This document shows, piece by piece, positions 16,517-24,245 of a stretch of 64,000 bases of DNA. The position numbers were made by a program, and so were the translations under genes. The notes under the pieces were generated by a model that had not been told where the DNA came from, made no database searches, and saw nothing but the letters and a program-made list of their open reading frames with translations. The stretch comes from Chloroflexota bacterium (GTDB lineage Bacteria > Chloroflexota > Dehalococcoidia > Lucifugimonadales > Australimonadaceae). The stretch is taken from assembly GCA_028874795.1 (NCBI GenBank), contig JAPPHT010000008.1:77968-141967 (forward strand), in the 5' to 3' direction. Numbering within the stretch: position 1 is the stretch's first letter; every line of letters starts with the position of its first letter.

Positions 16517-16746
16517 CCGTCATTCCCGCACCGGCGGGAATCCAGAGTGCGCGGGCAGCGCACGCGGCGGGGCTGCGGGAGATGGGTGGTACGTTGTGCG
16601 TTGTCATTCCGAGCGGAGCGCAGCGGAGTCGAGATTCTGCCCTGAGCCCGCCGAAGGGAATCTCTCAGGGGAGCGCAGGTCGTGCACCGACGTTCTCTCC
16701 GAGAGATGTTTCGACTGCGCCTTTGGCTACGCTCAACATGACAAGA
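16517..16746. repeat. Repeat cluster: family C copy (16517-16572) plus a MITE-like unit with inverted family B ends (16601-16746)
   Basis: ttgtcattccgagcggagcgcagcggagtcgag... at the left end and ...tcgactgcgcctttggctacgctcaacatgacaag at the right end are inverted copies. Confidence 0.75.
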
Positions 16747-16754
16747 GGAACCCC

Positions 16755-18902
16755 CTACCGGCTGTAGCCCGAGTCGTCCGGTGGAACGAACGGGACGTCC
16801 CTGACCAGGGTCTCGAGCACGTAGACGAAGTCCCTGAACGCCGCCAGGTGCCCCAGCTCGTTCTGCAGGTTGTCCACGAGTCCCTGCAGGGTTCGAAGGT
16901 CTCGTCCGGTGTTGTACGACTCGCCGGAGCCGCCCAGCGCGCTGTAGCGGTCCGCCGTCAGCGCGACCGCCGCTCCGAACCACAGTAGCGGGTCCTCCTG
17001 CTGAGGTCCCACCTCGCTCCCGAACCAGACGGAAGACGTCTGGCGGACCGGCTGGCCACGCTTCGGGTCGACCCACCGGACCTCCAGCCGGCCCAGCCCG
17101 CGATGCTCGCGGAAATCGTCGTGCAACTCCAGCTCGTAAAAGACCGTCGTGGCCGCGCCCGAGTAGATCTCCGCGAACTCCTTCCGGTCCTGCGTGAACG
17201 ACTCGGCAGACGTGACGCGGTTCTCGTAACCGACGATGCGCCATGCTTTCACCGCGTCCGTATTCCACGTCACCTGGGCGCGGGCTTGATCGGCGACGGG
17301 CGACGAGAGCGCCAGCCAGTTGTCGCGCTGGAACGTCGCGCGCGCCTGTTCCTCGTCGAACAGGTAGCGGTACCAGCCGTTGCCGTTCTGCGCCAACTGC
17401 TCCAGCAGATAGTCGTTGTAGTTGGCGATGCCGACGCCCACCGTGACGAGTCGCAGCGGGTTCGCGCCGTCCGGCGCTGACGTCGCCTCCAGGATGGCGA
17501 ACGGGTCCGTGGAGTCCACGTTCGCCACGCCGTCCGACATCAGGATGACGTAGTTGAGCGCCTCAGGGCGCTGCCTCCGCATGGCGTCCGCCAGCTGCAC
17601 GCCAAGGTCCAGCCCAGCCTGCACGTTGGTGCTGTCGTGCGGCGCGAGACTTGCGATGGAGTCGACAACGGCGCGGTCGTCCGGCGACGCATTCGTGACC
17701 GTGAGCCGCTCGAGCACGTCCGTGGTGAAATGCACTACCGAGATGCGGTCGTCCTCATCGAGGCTGCGACGTATCGCCTCAGCCGCTGCGCGGGCGATGG
17801 CCACACGGTTGCCCTCGCGCATCGAGCCTGAGGCGTCGAGCACCAGCGTCACATTGAGTGGGCCGTCGATGACCGTCTCCGGCGCCTTCAACCCTACGCG
17901 CAGCATGTACCTGCCGCTCTCCAGCGGGTGTGCGATCAGGTCAGACGTGACGCCGAACCCCGAATCGCGTGACGCGTAGCCGTAGTCGAACGCGTTGACC
18001 CACTCTTCCGCCCGCACCGACGCGGGGTTCACCTGGTAGCCCGCCCTGGCCCAGTTCAGCGCCAGTTGGAACGACGTGCGGTCCGTGTCCAGGCTGAAAG
18101 TGGAGACATTGTCCTCCGAAGCCTCGGTCAGCGGCTGCCGTTCGTACTCCTGGAACGTCGTCGCGCCCGGCTCCGGAGGCAACTCCGGCAACCCGGGGAA
18201 GCCAGGAAAGCCGGGAGGAGCGTCGGCTGGCCCGCCGGGGACGAAAAGTCCGGGAGAACCCTCGGCTGCGGGTCCAGGGACCAGAGCCCAAGGCGCAGGC
18301 GTCGCCGTTGGACCGGCGGCCCTGGACTGGGCCGCGGCCGGCGTGGGCGTCGGAGGAGCAGGCGGGGCCGGCGTCGGCGCGGCCCTCTCCATCATCGCCT
18401 CAGGCGTCGGCGTTGGTTCTGCGAAGTACTGGCCATCATCCACACCGGCGACGCCCGGTATGCCCGGCGCTCCAGGAGCGCCGGCTGCCCCCTGGTTCTC
18501 GATAGGGCCGGCCGAGTCCTCCATCATCGCCTCAGGCATAGGCGTCGGCTCCCCTATCGTTGGGGCAGGGCTGGCGGGCAGAAAGAGCGTGTCAGGGTTC
18601 TGGCTCGCAGGCACCCCGCCGCCACCACCGCCGGACCCCACCGCGAACCACACCGATCCACCCGCGACCGCCACAACGGCTACCGCCGCCGTCGCCGCGA
18701 GCGCGGGCGCGAAGCGGAAGCCGTCCACCGGCGTGCCGATGTCGCGGAGCACCGCCCAGAGCGGCTTCGGGTCCTGCGCTCCCAGGCGGGACTCCAGCGT
18801 GCCCCACAGGTCGGGTGTGGGGGGAACGTTGGTCGCGCCGGAGGCGAAGTGCTCCTCCAGCAGGCGCTCCATCTCCCTGTCGTTGGGTTCGTTCGTGCTC
18901 AT
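16755..18902 (-). CDS. Membrane-spanning putative anti-sigma factor with a Pro-rich spacer and an extracytoplasmic YfbK-like von Willebrand A domain
   Basis: 715 aa. A short cytoplasmic N-terminus is followed by one TM helix (AATAAVAVVAVAGGSVWFAV) and a spacer of about 170 aa rich in P, A and G. Next comes the vWA N-terminal region (TFSLDTDRTSFQLALNW...) and the vWA MIDAS motif (LVLDASGSM). Its start overlaps the sigma gene stop by 4 nt. Confidence 0.75.
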   Translation of the reverse strand: MSTNEPNDREMERLLEEHFASGATNVPPTPDLWGTLESRLGAQDPKPLWAVLRDIGTPVDGFRFAPALAATAAVAVVAVAGGSVWFAVGSGGGGGGVPASQNPDTLFLPASPAPTIGEPTPMPEAMMEDSAGPIENQGAAGAPGAPGIPGVAGVDDGQYFAEPTPTPEAMMERAAPTPAPPAPPTPTPAAAQSRAAGPTATPAPWALVPGPAAEGSPGLFVPGGPADAPPGFPGFPGLPELPPEPGATTFQEYERQPLTEASEDNVSTFSLDTDRTSFQLALNWARAGYQVNPASVRAEEWVNAFDYGYASRDSGFGVTSDLIAHPLESGRYMLRVGLKAPETVIDGPLNVTLVLDASGSMREGNRVAIARAAAEAIRRSLDEDDRISVVHFTTDVLERLTVTNASPDDRAVVDSIASLAPHDSTNVQAGLDLGVQLADAMRRQRPEALNYVILMSDGVANVDSTDPFAILEATSAPDGANPLRLVTVGVGIANYNDYLLEQLAQNGNGWYRYLFDEEQARATFQRDNWLALSSPVADQARAQVTWNTDAVKAWRIVGYENRVTSAESFTQDRKEFAEIYSGAATTVFYELELHDDFREHRGLGRLEVRWVDPKRGQPVRQTSSVWFGSEVGPQQEDPLLWFGAAVALTADRYSALGGSGESYNTGRDLRTLQGLVDNLQNELGHLAAFRDFVYVLETLVRDVPFVPPDDSGYSR

Positions 18903-19450
18903 CGCTGTCCACCTGCTACTTCCTGCCCATCGCTCAACCGCTGCCGCAGCGCCTGGTGCGCCCGGTGCAGGCGCGATTTCACCGTGCCCTCATTCAGCCC
19001 CGCCGCGCGCGCCACCTCCTGCACCGACATCTCCGCGAAGTAGCGCAGCACCACCACCTGCCGGTGCTCGAGGCTCAACCCTTCGATCGCCTGCTGCAGC
19101 GTCTGCCGCTCCAGACGGGACTCGAGCGCGTCCGCGGGGTCTTCCGCGTCGCCGGGCCAGTCGCCGCCCTCGATGGGCGTGGTGACGACGGACCGCCTGC
19201 GGCGCTGGCTCATCACCGCGTTCACCAGGATGCGCATGAGCCATGGTTTGAACGGACGCCCCCGCCGGAAGGTGCGTATCCCCTTCCACGCGGAGAGGAA
19301 CGCCTCCTGCGCCAGCTCCTCGGCGATCGCGCGGTTGCCCGTCATGTTGTACGCCGTTCCGAACACGACTCCCTGGTACCGCTCCACGAGGTATCGGAAT
19401 GCTTCTCGGTCGCCGCTCTGGCAACGCTGAACGGCCTCGTTCTCGGTCAT
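18899..19450 (-). CDS. ECF (group 4) sigma-70 family RNA polymerase sigma factor
   Basis: 183 aa with region 2 (FRYLVERYQGVVFGTAYNMTGN...AEELAQEAFLSAW) and region 4 (LSLEHRQVVVLRYFAEMSVQEVARAAGLNEGTVKSRLHRA). GGAG lies 6 nt upstream of the ATG. Confidence 0.9.
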   Translation of the reverse strand: MTENEAVQRCQSGDREAFRYLVERYQGVVFGTAYNMTGNRAIAEELAQEAFLSAWKGIRTFRRGRPFKPWLMRILVNAVMSQRRRRSVVTTPIEGGDWPGDAEDPADALESRLERQTLQQAIEGLSLEHRQVVVLRYFAEMSVQEVARAAGLNEGTVKSRLHRAHQALRQRLSDGQEVAGGQR

Positions 19451-19541
19451 GCCTGCTCCAAGGGCCCGGCTTTCCCAGGCAGGGATGTGAGTGCTCTACC
19501 GGATACTATGCGCCGCCGGCCTGAAAGGTTCCCTGCGGTCC

Positions 19542-19672
19542 CCGTCGTTCCTGCGCTTCAGCGCGCGAGGCAGGAACCCCTCGTACCCCACCTCTCCTGA
19601 GGGAGAGAGCCTGCCCTGAGCTTGTCGAATGGGTCGACGCGCTTGCGCGGCGGGTGAGGGCCCTCGGGGTGG
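19542..19672 (+). repeat. Intergenic hairpin-repeat cluster (family D and a family A long-insert variant)
   Basis: ccgtcgttcctgcgcttcagcgcgcgaggcaggaacc is followed by ctctcctgagggagagagcctgccctgagcttgtcgaatgggtcg...ggcgggtgagggccc. Confidence 0.7.
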
Positions 19673-19740
19673 TGCTGGGCGTGGCGCTCCATTTCACACC
19701 CTTACACGGCCTGACAGGCCACTGTCGTCGGGCGCCCTGC

Positions 19741-20280
19741 CTAGCCGGCGACGTGCGGGGCCGCGAGCAGGAGCGATGCAAGCGTCTTCGCGTCGTTCAG
19801 CTCGCCTGCGCGCGCGAGTCGCACGGCTTCGTCGAACGGCACGCGGTGCAGCGTGATGCGCTCATCGTCGTCCGGCGCAAGGGGATTGGCGAAAAGACCC
19901 TTCGCGAGAAAGGCGTGCAGCCGCTCCGTCATGGAGCCCGGCGAGGCGAAGAAGCTGCCGAGTTCCACCAGCTCTCGGGCATCGAACCCGGTCTCCTCCC
20001 GCAGCTCGCGCCGGGCAGCATCGATGGGCGGTTCATCGCCTTCGATGACCCCTGCCGGGAGCTCCAGCAGTTCCTGGCCCGCGGCGCTCCGGTACTGGCG
20101 CACCATCACCACGTTGCCGTCCTCGTCCAGCGGCAGGATGGCGACCGAGTCCGGGTGGTAGAGCGTGTCCCGCACCGTTTCGGTGCCGTCCGGCAGGACC
20201 AGCCGCTCGATGCGCAACGTCGAGCGCCGGCCGACCAATTGGCCGTGCACCGCGAGCACGCGTACCGTTTCGTCAGCCAA
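19741..20280 (-). CDS. NUDIX hydrolase (ADP-ribose pyrophosphatase-like)
   Basis: Carries the Nudix box GVIEGDEPPIDAARRELREETGF. TTG start overlaps the nadK stop by 8 nt. Confidence 0.85.
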   Translation of the reverse strand: MADETVRVLAVHGQLVGRRSTLRIERLVLPDGTETVRDTLYHPDSVAILPLDEDGNVVMVRQYRSAAGQELLELPAGVIEGDEPPIDAARRELREETGFDARELVELGSFFASPGSMTERLHAFLAKGLFANPLAPDDDERITLHRVPFDEAVRLARAGELNDAKTLASLLLAAPHVAG

Positions 20281-21160
20281 GGCGTGCCTCGTCCGCCGCC
20301 AGCCGCCGCGCGATGTGCACGGACTGCTCCGCGCCGCGCCGCAGCCGGTAGACGAGCGTCTCGTAGAAGCGGTCCGGCGAACCAGCGCGCAGGAACCGCG
20401 CCCGATACGGGCTGCGCGACACCGTCACCGTGTCGCCCCTTCCCATCGGCACGTCGATGAACCCGTCCGCGGTCATGATGGCGTCGTGGTCGCTCTTGAT
20501 GGTCAGCTCCACCGAGCAGTCCTCCGGCACGACGACGGGAGCATCGAGGTCGCCGTGGGTTGCGACGGGCACGATCACCATGTCGCCTGAGGCAGGGTAG
20601 AGTATCGGCCCGCCCGCCGCGAGTGCGTACGCCGTGCTGCCGGTCGCCGTGGAGACGATCACCGCATCGGCCTGGTATGTGGTCAGCTCGACCCCGTTGA
20701 CGGAGACGCCGATCTGGGTGAGGTGGGCGATGCGTCCTCGTCCTACCACGACGTCGTTCAGGACGGCAGCGGCACCGCTGCTCTCGCCGCTGGCGCGCGT
20801 CACGGCCTGTACCATGCGGCGCTCGTCTACCCACGTGAAGCCGCCTTCCAGGTATTCGGGCACGAGTTCCAGCGAATCGGCAGCCTCGATCTCGGTGAGG
20901 AAGCCGAGCCGTCCCAGGTTGACGCCCAGCAGTGGAACGTCGGCCTCGGCGGCCATGCGCGCGGCCCGCAGCAGCGTGCCGTCGCCGCCGACCGTCACGA
21001 GCGCGCTGGGCGCGAGCTCCGCCAGCGCTGCCTCACCGTCAGAGGTGGAGAGCAGTGGTTGGCGCGTGCCGAGCGCCGCCGCCAACTCCTCGGCAAGCGG
21101 CCGCGCACGGTCGGACACCGCGTTGTAGAGAATGGCTACCTTGCCGGGGTCGATCTTCAC
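20273..21160 (-). CDS. nadK: NAD(+) kinase
   Basis: 295 aa with the GGDGTLL motif and NLGRLGFLTE. GTG start. Confidence 0.9.
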   Translation of the reverse strand: MKIDPGKVAILYNAVSDRARPLAEELAAALGTRQPLLSTSDGEAALAELAPSALVTVGGDGTLLRAARMAAEADVPLLGVNLGRLGFLTEIEAADSLELVPEYLEGGFTWVDERRMVQAVTRASGESSGAAAVLNDVVVGRGRIAHLTQIGVSVNGVELTTYQADAVIVSTATGSTAYALAAGGPILYPASGDMVIVPVATHGDLDAPVVVPEDCSVELTIKSDHDAIMTADGFIDVPMGRGDTVTVSRSPYRARFLRAGSPDRFYETLVYRLRRGAEQSVHIARRLAADEARLG

Positions 21161-21177
21161 GGCATACCTCGCCGGCC

Positions 21178-21183
21178 ATTATA
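21178..21183 (-). promoter_or_regulatory. Perfect -10 hexamer TATAAT, 17 nt upstream of the nadK GTG
   Basis: The reverse strand reads cccgTATAATggccggcgaggtatgccGTG. Confidence 0.45.
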
Positions 21184-21207
21184 CGGGCCAGCCCCGATAC
21201 ACGGAGC

Positions 21208-21262
21208 TTGCTGACACGCGCACCTTTCGCGGTTGCGCCCTCACCGCGTACGCTAATCGGTG
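21208..21262 (+). repeat. Family E repeat copy (gacacgcgc.cctttcgcgg.tgcgccc....cgcgtacgct)
   Basis: Matches 58263-58320 in the same orientation and 52914-52971 in the inverted orientation. Confidence 0.7.
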
Positions 21263-21495
21263 ACGGCGCAGCGCCGTTGGGGGCCTGCCTGCCACTGGAC
21301 CGGGTCCGCAGGAGCGAGATGGCTCACAATGGCGCACTTTGGCTCATCATTCGACGGGCGAGACGCGCCATCCACGCCTGTGCGGAGCAGCGGCAGGAGC
21401 GGACGCGGGGGGACAGCGTGAGCCAGCGAGGCCCCGCGCATGTGTGATCCGTCGGTCACTTGGTTGTTCCGCCGGTGCGGAAACGACGAGCCCCA

Positions 21496-21595
21496 GGCAC
21501 GGTTCGACAGGCTCACCATGAGCGGCATATCACACCCCCACCGCCGGTTCACCCTCATCCCCGCATCAAGTGCGGGGCAGGCTCTGGCCTTCCCC
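21496..21595 (-). repeat. Repeat cluster (family F ggttcgacaggctcaccatgagcgg plus an inverted family A copy)
   Basis: ggttcaccctcatccccgcatcaagtgcggggcaggctctggcc is the reverse complement of the unit at 35531-35579. Confidence 0.75.
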
Positions 21596-21727
21596 TATCC
21601 AATGAGGAAGGGATCGATCACGGTGTCCCATGCCGCCTGCGTTGTGTAGAATCAGCAGGCGCCCCGCACAACCTGCATCCCATCAGACCAACGCCCTGAA
21701 GAACCCTTGCACACCCGGAGCGACGAG

Positions 21728-22690
21728 ATGCCCCTGTATGAAGAGTTGAAGGTATTCTCCGGCAACTCCAACCCCGCGCTAGCCGCCGAGATCGCCGGGT
21801 ACCTTGGGCTGCCGCTCAGCGAGCTGGAAGCGTTCAAGTTCAGCAACGACAACACCTTCGTCCGCATCAACGAGAACGTGCGCCAGCGCGACGTCTTCCT
21901 CGTGCAGTCGTTCTGCGTCCCCGTGAATGACAACGTGATGGAGATGCTCATCATGATCGACGCTGCCAAGCGCGCGTCGGCAGGACGCATCACCGCCGTC
22001 ATCCCGTACTACGGCTACGGGCGGACAGACAAGAAGGACCAGCCCCGCGTACCGATTACCGCGCGGCTCATCGCGGACCTGCTCACCACCGCCGGAGCGG
22101 ACCGCGTGCTCACCATGGACCTCCATGCGGGGCAGATACAGGGCTTCTTCAACATCCCCGTCGACGAGCTCACCGCCATGCCCATCATCGTTGACCACTT
22201 CACCGCCATGGGGATTGAGAACCCCGTCGCCGTCGCCGTGGACATCGGCGGATCGAAGCGGGCGCGCGACATGGCCGAGGAACTCGGTGCGCCGCTCGCC
22301 ATCATCGAGAAGCGCCGCACGGGGAACAACGACAAGAGCGAATTGCTCAATATCATCGGCGAGGTGGAGGGCAAGACCGCCATCCTCATGGACGACGAGG
22401 TGGACACGGCCGGCACGATGGTGAACGCAGCGGTTGCGCTTGAGAACGCCGGTGTGCTGGCGGTCTACGCCTCGTCCACGCACGCATTGCTCTCCGGCGG
22501 CGCGCCGGGACGGCTGAAGGGCAGTCCCATACAGGAGTACGTCTGCACGAACACCATCCCGATACACCCCGACAAGATGTCCGACAACATCAAGATCGTC
22601 TCTGTCGCTCCGTTACTGGGCGAGGCGATCCACCGCATCCACACCGGAACGTCTGTCGGCGCGATGTTCCAGAAGCGGACCCATGCCTGA
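21728..22690 (+). CDS. prs: Ribose-phosphate pyrophosphokinase (PRPP synthetase)
   Basis: Full-length Prs pattern (KVFSGNSNPALA...RQRDVFLVQS...VIPYYGYGRTDKK...DLHAGQIQGFF...DDEVDTAGT). ATG 21728 is preferred because GGAG lies 7 nt upstream. The track ORF starts at TTG 21707. Confidence 0.9.
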   Translation: MPLYEELKVFSGNSNPALAAEIAGYLGLPLSELEAFKFSNDNTFVRINENVRQRDVFLVQSFCVPVNDNVMEMLIMIDAAKRASAGRITAVIPYYGYGRTDKKDQPRVPITARLIADLLTTAGADRVLTMDLHAGQIQGFFNIPVDELTAMPIIVDHFTAMGIENPVAVAVDIGGSKRARDMAEELGAPLAIIEKRRTGNNDKSELLNIIGEVEGKTAILMDDEVDTAGTMVNAAVALENAGVLAVYASSTHALLSGGAPGRLKGSPIQEYVCTNTIPIHPDKMSDNIKIVSVAPLLGEAIHRIHTGTSVGAMFQKRTHA

Positions 22691-23171
22691 CGACCGTGCA
22701 TACGCGCGGTACGACCTGGGCGTCTGCGCCTTCGTGGAGCCGGAGTCGGTCGGCCCCCCGGGCCGCCGGTTCTTCCGCCTGCGTGCATCCGCAGAACACG
22801 GCTCCGCCCTCCTCTGGCTGGAGAAGGAGGAGTTGCACGAGCTCGCTCTCACCATCAAGCGGCTCCTCCGCACCGCCGTCCGCATCACCGGCGAGCCCGT
22901 CGCCTCCGCCAGCGCAGACACCCGCGCCGATCACGATCACAAGGTCTTCGCGCTCTCCCTCGGCCACGACCGCTCGACCGGGCGCTACATGCTACTGGCG
23001 CAGTGCTCCGAGCAGGAGGACGACGCCATCGCCCTCTGGATCGAGCACGACATACTCGACTGGCTCGCCGACCGCGCTTTCGAGATATGCGACGCCGGAC
23101 GCCCGCGCTGCGCTTTCTGCGGCGCCGCAACCCCGGTTGACGAGCCTCACGTCTGCCCCCGCGCGAACTGA
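22683..23171 (+). CDS. DUF3090 family protein with C-terminal Cys/His zinc-ribbon-like motif
   Basis: 162 aa. VGPPGRRFFRLRA...LWLEKEELHELA...CAFCGAATPVDEPHVCPRAN matches my memory of the DUF3090/TIGR03847 pattern. Its start overlaps the prs stop by 8 nt. Confidence 0.65.
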   Translation: MPDDRAYARYDLGVCAFVEPESVGPPGRRFFRLRASAEHGSALLWLEKEELHELALTIKRLLRTAVRITGEPVASASADTRADHDHKVFALSLGHDRSTGRYMLLAQCSEQEDDAIALWIEHDILDWLADRAFEICDAGRPRCAFCGAATPVDEPHVCPRAN

Positions 23172-23174
23172 CCC

Positions 23175-23948
23175 ATGCCTCTCTACTCCCACTACCCCCA
23201 CGCCGAGATAGCGGCGGGGCGGCACGATGTGCCGCCGTCCTCGCCCGACGCCGAGCGCTTCGTGTGCGAGGCGGAGATCGGCGACGGCTGGCTCCACCCC
23301 TACGCCTCCAACTACACGTTCGTCGTCCGGCTCTCGCTCGGTGACCGGGAAGGCTGCGGTGTCTATAAGCCTCAGGCCGGGGAACGCCCACTATGGGACT
23401 TCCCCACCGGCACGCTCGCCCGCCGCGAGTGCGCCGCCTACGAGTTCGCCAAAGCACTCGGCTGGGGACTGGTGCCTCCAACGGTCCTGCGCGAGGGCGA
23501 GGCGGGCGAAGGGTCGCTCCAGCTGTTCGTGCCGCACAATGCCAACTCGAACTTCTTCACGCTGCGCGATGAGCACCCGGAGGAGGCGTTCCGCCTGGCC
23601 GTCTTCGACGCACTGGCGAACAACGCGGACCGCAAGGGCGGGCACTGCTTCGTGGGCCCGGACGGGCGGGTGTGGGCAGTGGACAACGGGCTGACGTTCC
23701 ACGAGGAGCGCAAGCTGCGCACCGTGATCTGGGATTACTCTGGCGAGCCGTTGCCCGACGACATGCTGGCGGACGTTGCGCGGGTCGCGGACGACCTCGA
23801 CTCGGAGGGTGACTGCACCAGGGCGCTGGCGGCGCTGCTGGATAATGCGGAGGTGCAGGTGCTGCGGGAGAGGATGCGACGCGTGCTCGCCGAGCCAGTC
23901 ATGCCGTCGCCACGAACCCGCCGCGACCTGCCGTGGCCGTGGCTGTAG
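23175..23948 (+). CDS. SCO1664-family protein with a PI3/PI4-kinase-like catalytic core
   Basis: 257 aa. Catalytic-loop-like NNADRKGGH and DNGLTFH (DFG-equivalent). Starts 3 nt after the DUF3090 gene stop. Confidence 0.65.
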   Translation: MPLYSHYPHAEIAAGRHDVPPSSPDAERFVCEAEIGDGWLHPYASNYTFVVRLSLGDREGCGVYKPQAGERPLWDFPTGTLARRECAAYEFAKALGWGLVPPTVLREGEAGEGSLQLFVPHNANSNFFTLRDEHPEEAFRLAVFDALANNADRKGGHCFVGPDGRVWAVDNGLTFHEERKLRTVIWDYSGEPLPDDMLADVARVADDLDSEGDCTRALAALLDNAEVQVLRERMRRVLAEPVMPSPRTRRDLPWPWL

Positions 23949-23961
23949 AAGGGGAGACTGG

Positions 23962-24000
23962 AGCGAAGAAAAGCGAAGGGCGGGCTGATCGCCCGCCCTT
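23962..24000 (-). terminator. Rho-independent terminator (reads on the minus strand; also closes the convergent plus-strand gene)
   Basis: The minus strand reads aagggcgggc-gatca-gcccgccctt followed by cgcttttcttcg. The stem is 10 bp and GC-rich. Confidence 0.65.
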
Positions 24001-24055
24001 GCCGGTTGGTCTCCCGTAGCCCGTGGGTTACGAGCAAGCCGCCTGTCCAGCTAGT

Positions 24056-24084
24056 ACGATAGGGCCGGCCTACTCTGTTGTCAA
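24056..24084 (-). promoter_or_regulatory. Candidate promoter inside the tRNA-Asp trailer (-35 TTGACA, 17-bp spacer, -10 TATCGT)
   Basis: The minus strand reads cTTGACAacagagtaggccggcccTATCGTact. It would drive a transcript of about 85 nt ending at the terminator at 23962-24000. Confidence 0.35.
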
Positions 24085-24127
24085 GAGCAATTCCGAGACC
24101 CGATCCATGCGTAACCTATAGGAGCGG

Positions 24128-24199
24128 CTCCTGGGGAGGGATTCGAACCCACGACCATCCGCTGGACAGGCGGCTGCTCTACCGCTGAGCTACCCAGGA
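24128..24199 (-). tRNA. tRNA-Asp (anticodon GTC), atypical; CCA not encoded
   Basis: Hand-folded cloverleaf:
- Acceptor stem tcctggg/cccagga (U1-A72).
- D arm gctc-agcggta-gagc.
- Anticodon arm gccgc-CTGTCCA-gcgga.
- T arm gtggg-ttcgaat-ccctc.
- Discriminator G.
- Odd points: C at position 37, and three extra flanking base pairs (ggc...gcc). Confidence 0.7.
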
Positions 24200-24245
24200 G
24201 CCACATTCAGGCTAACAGAACTGGCTCAACTGGGTCTAGGATTGC

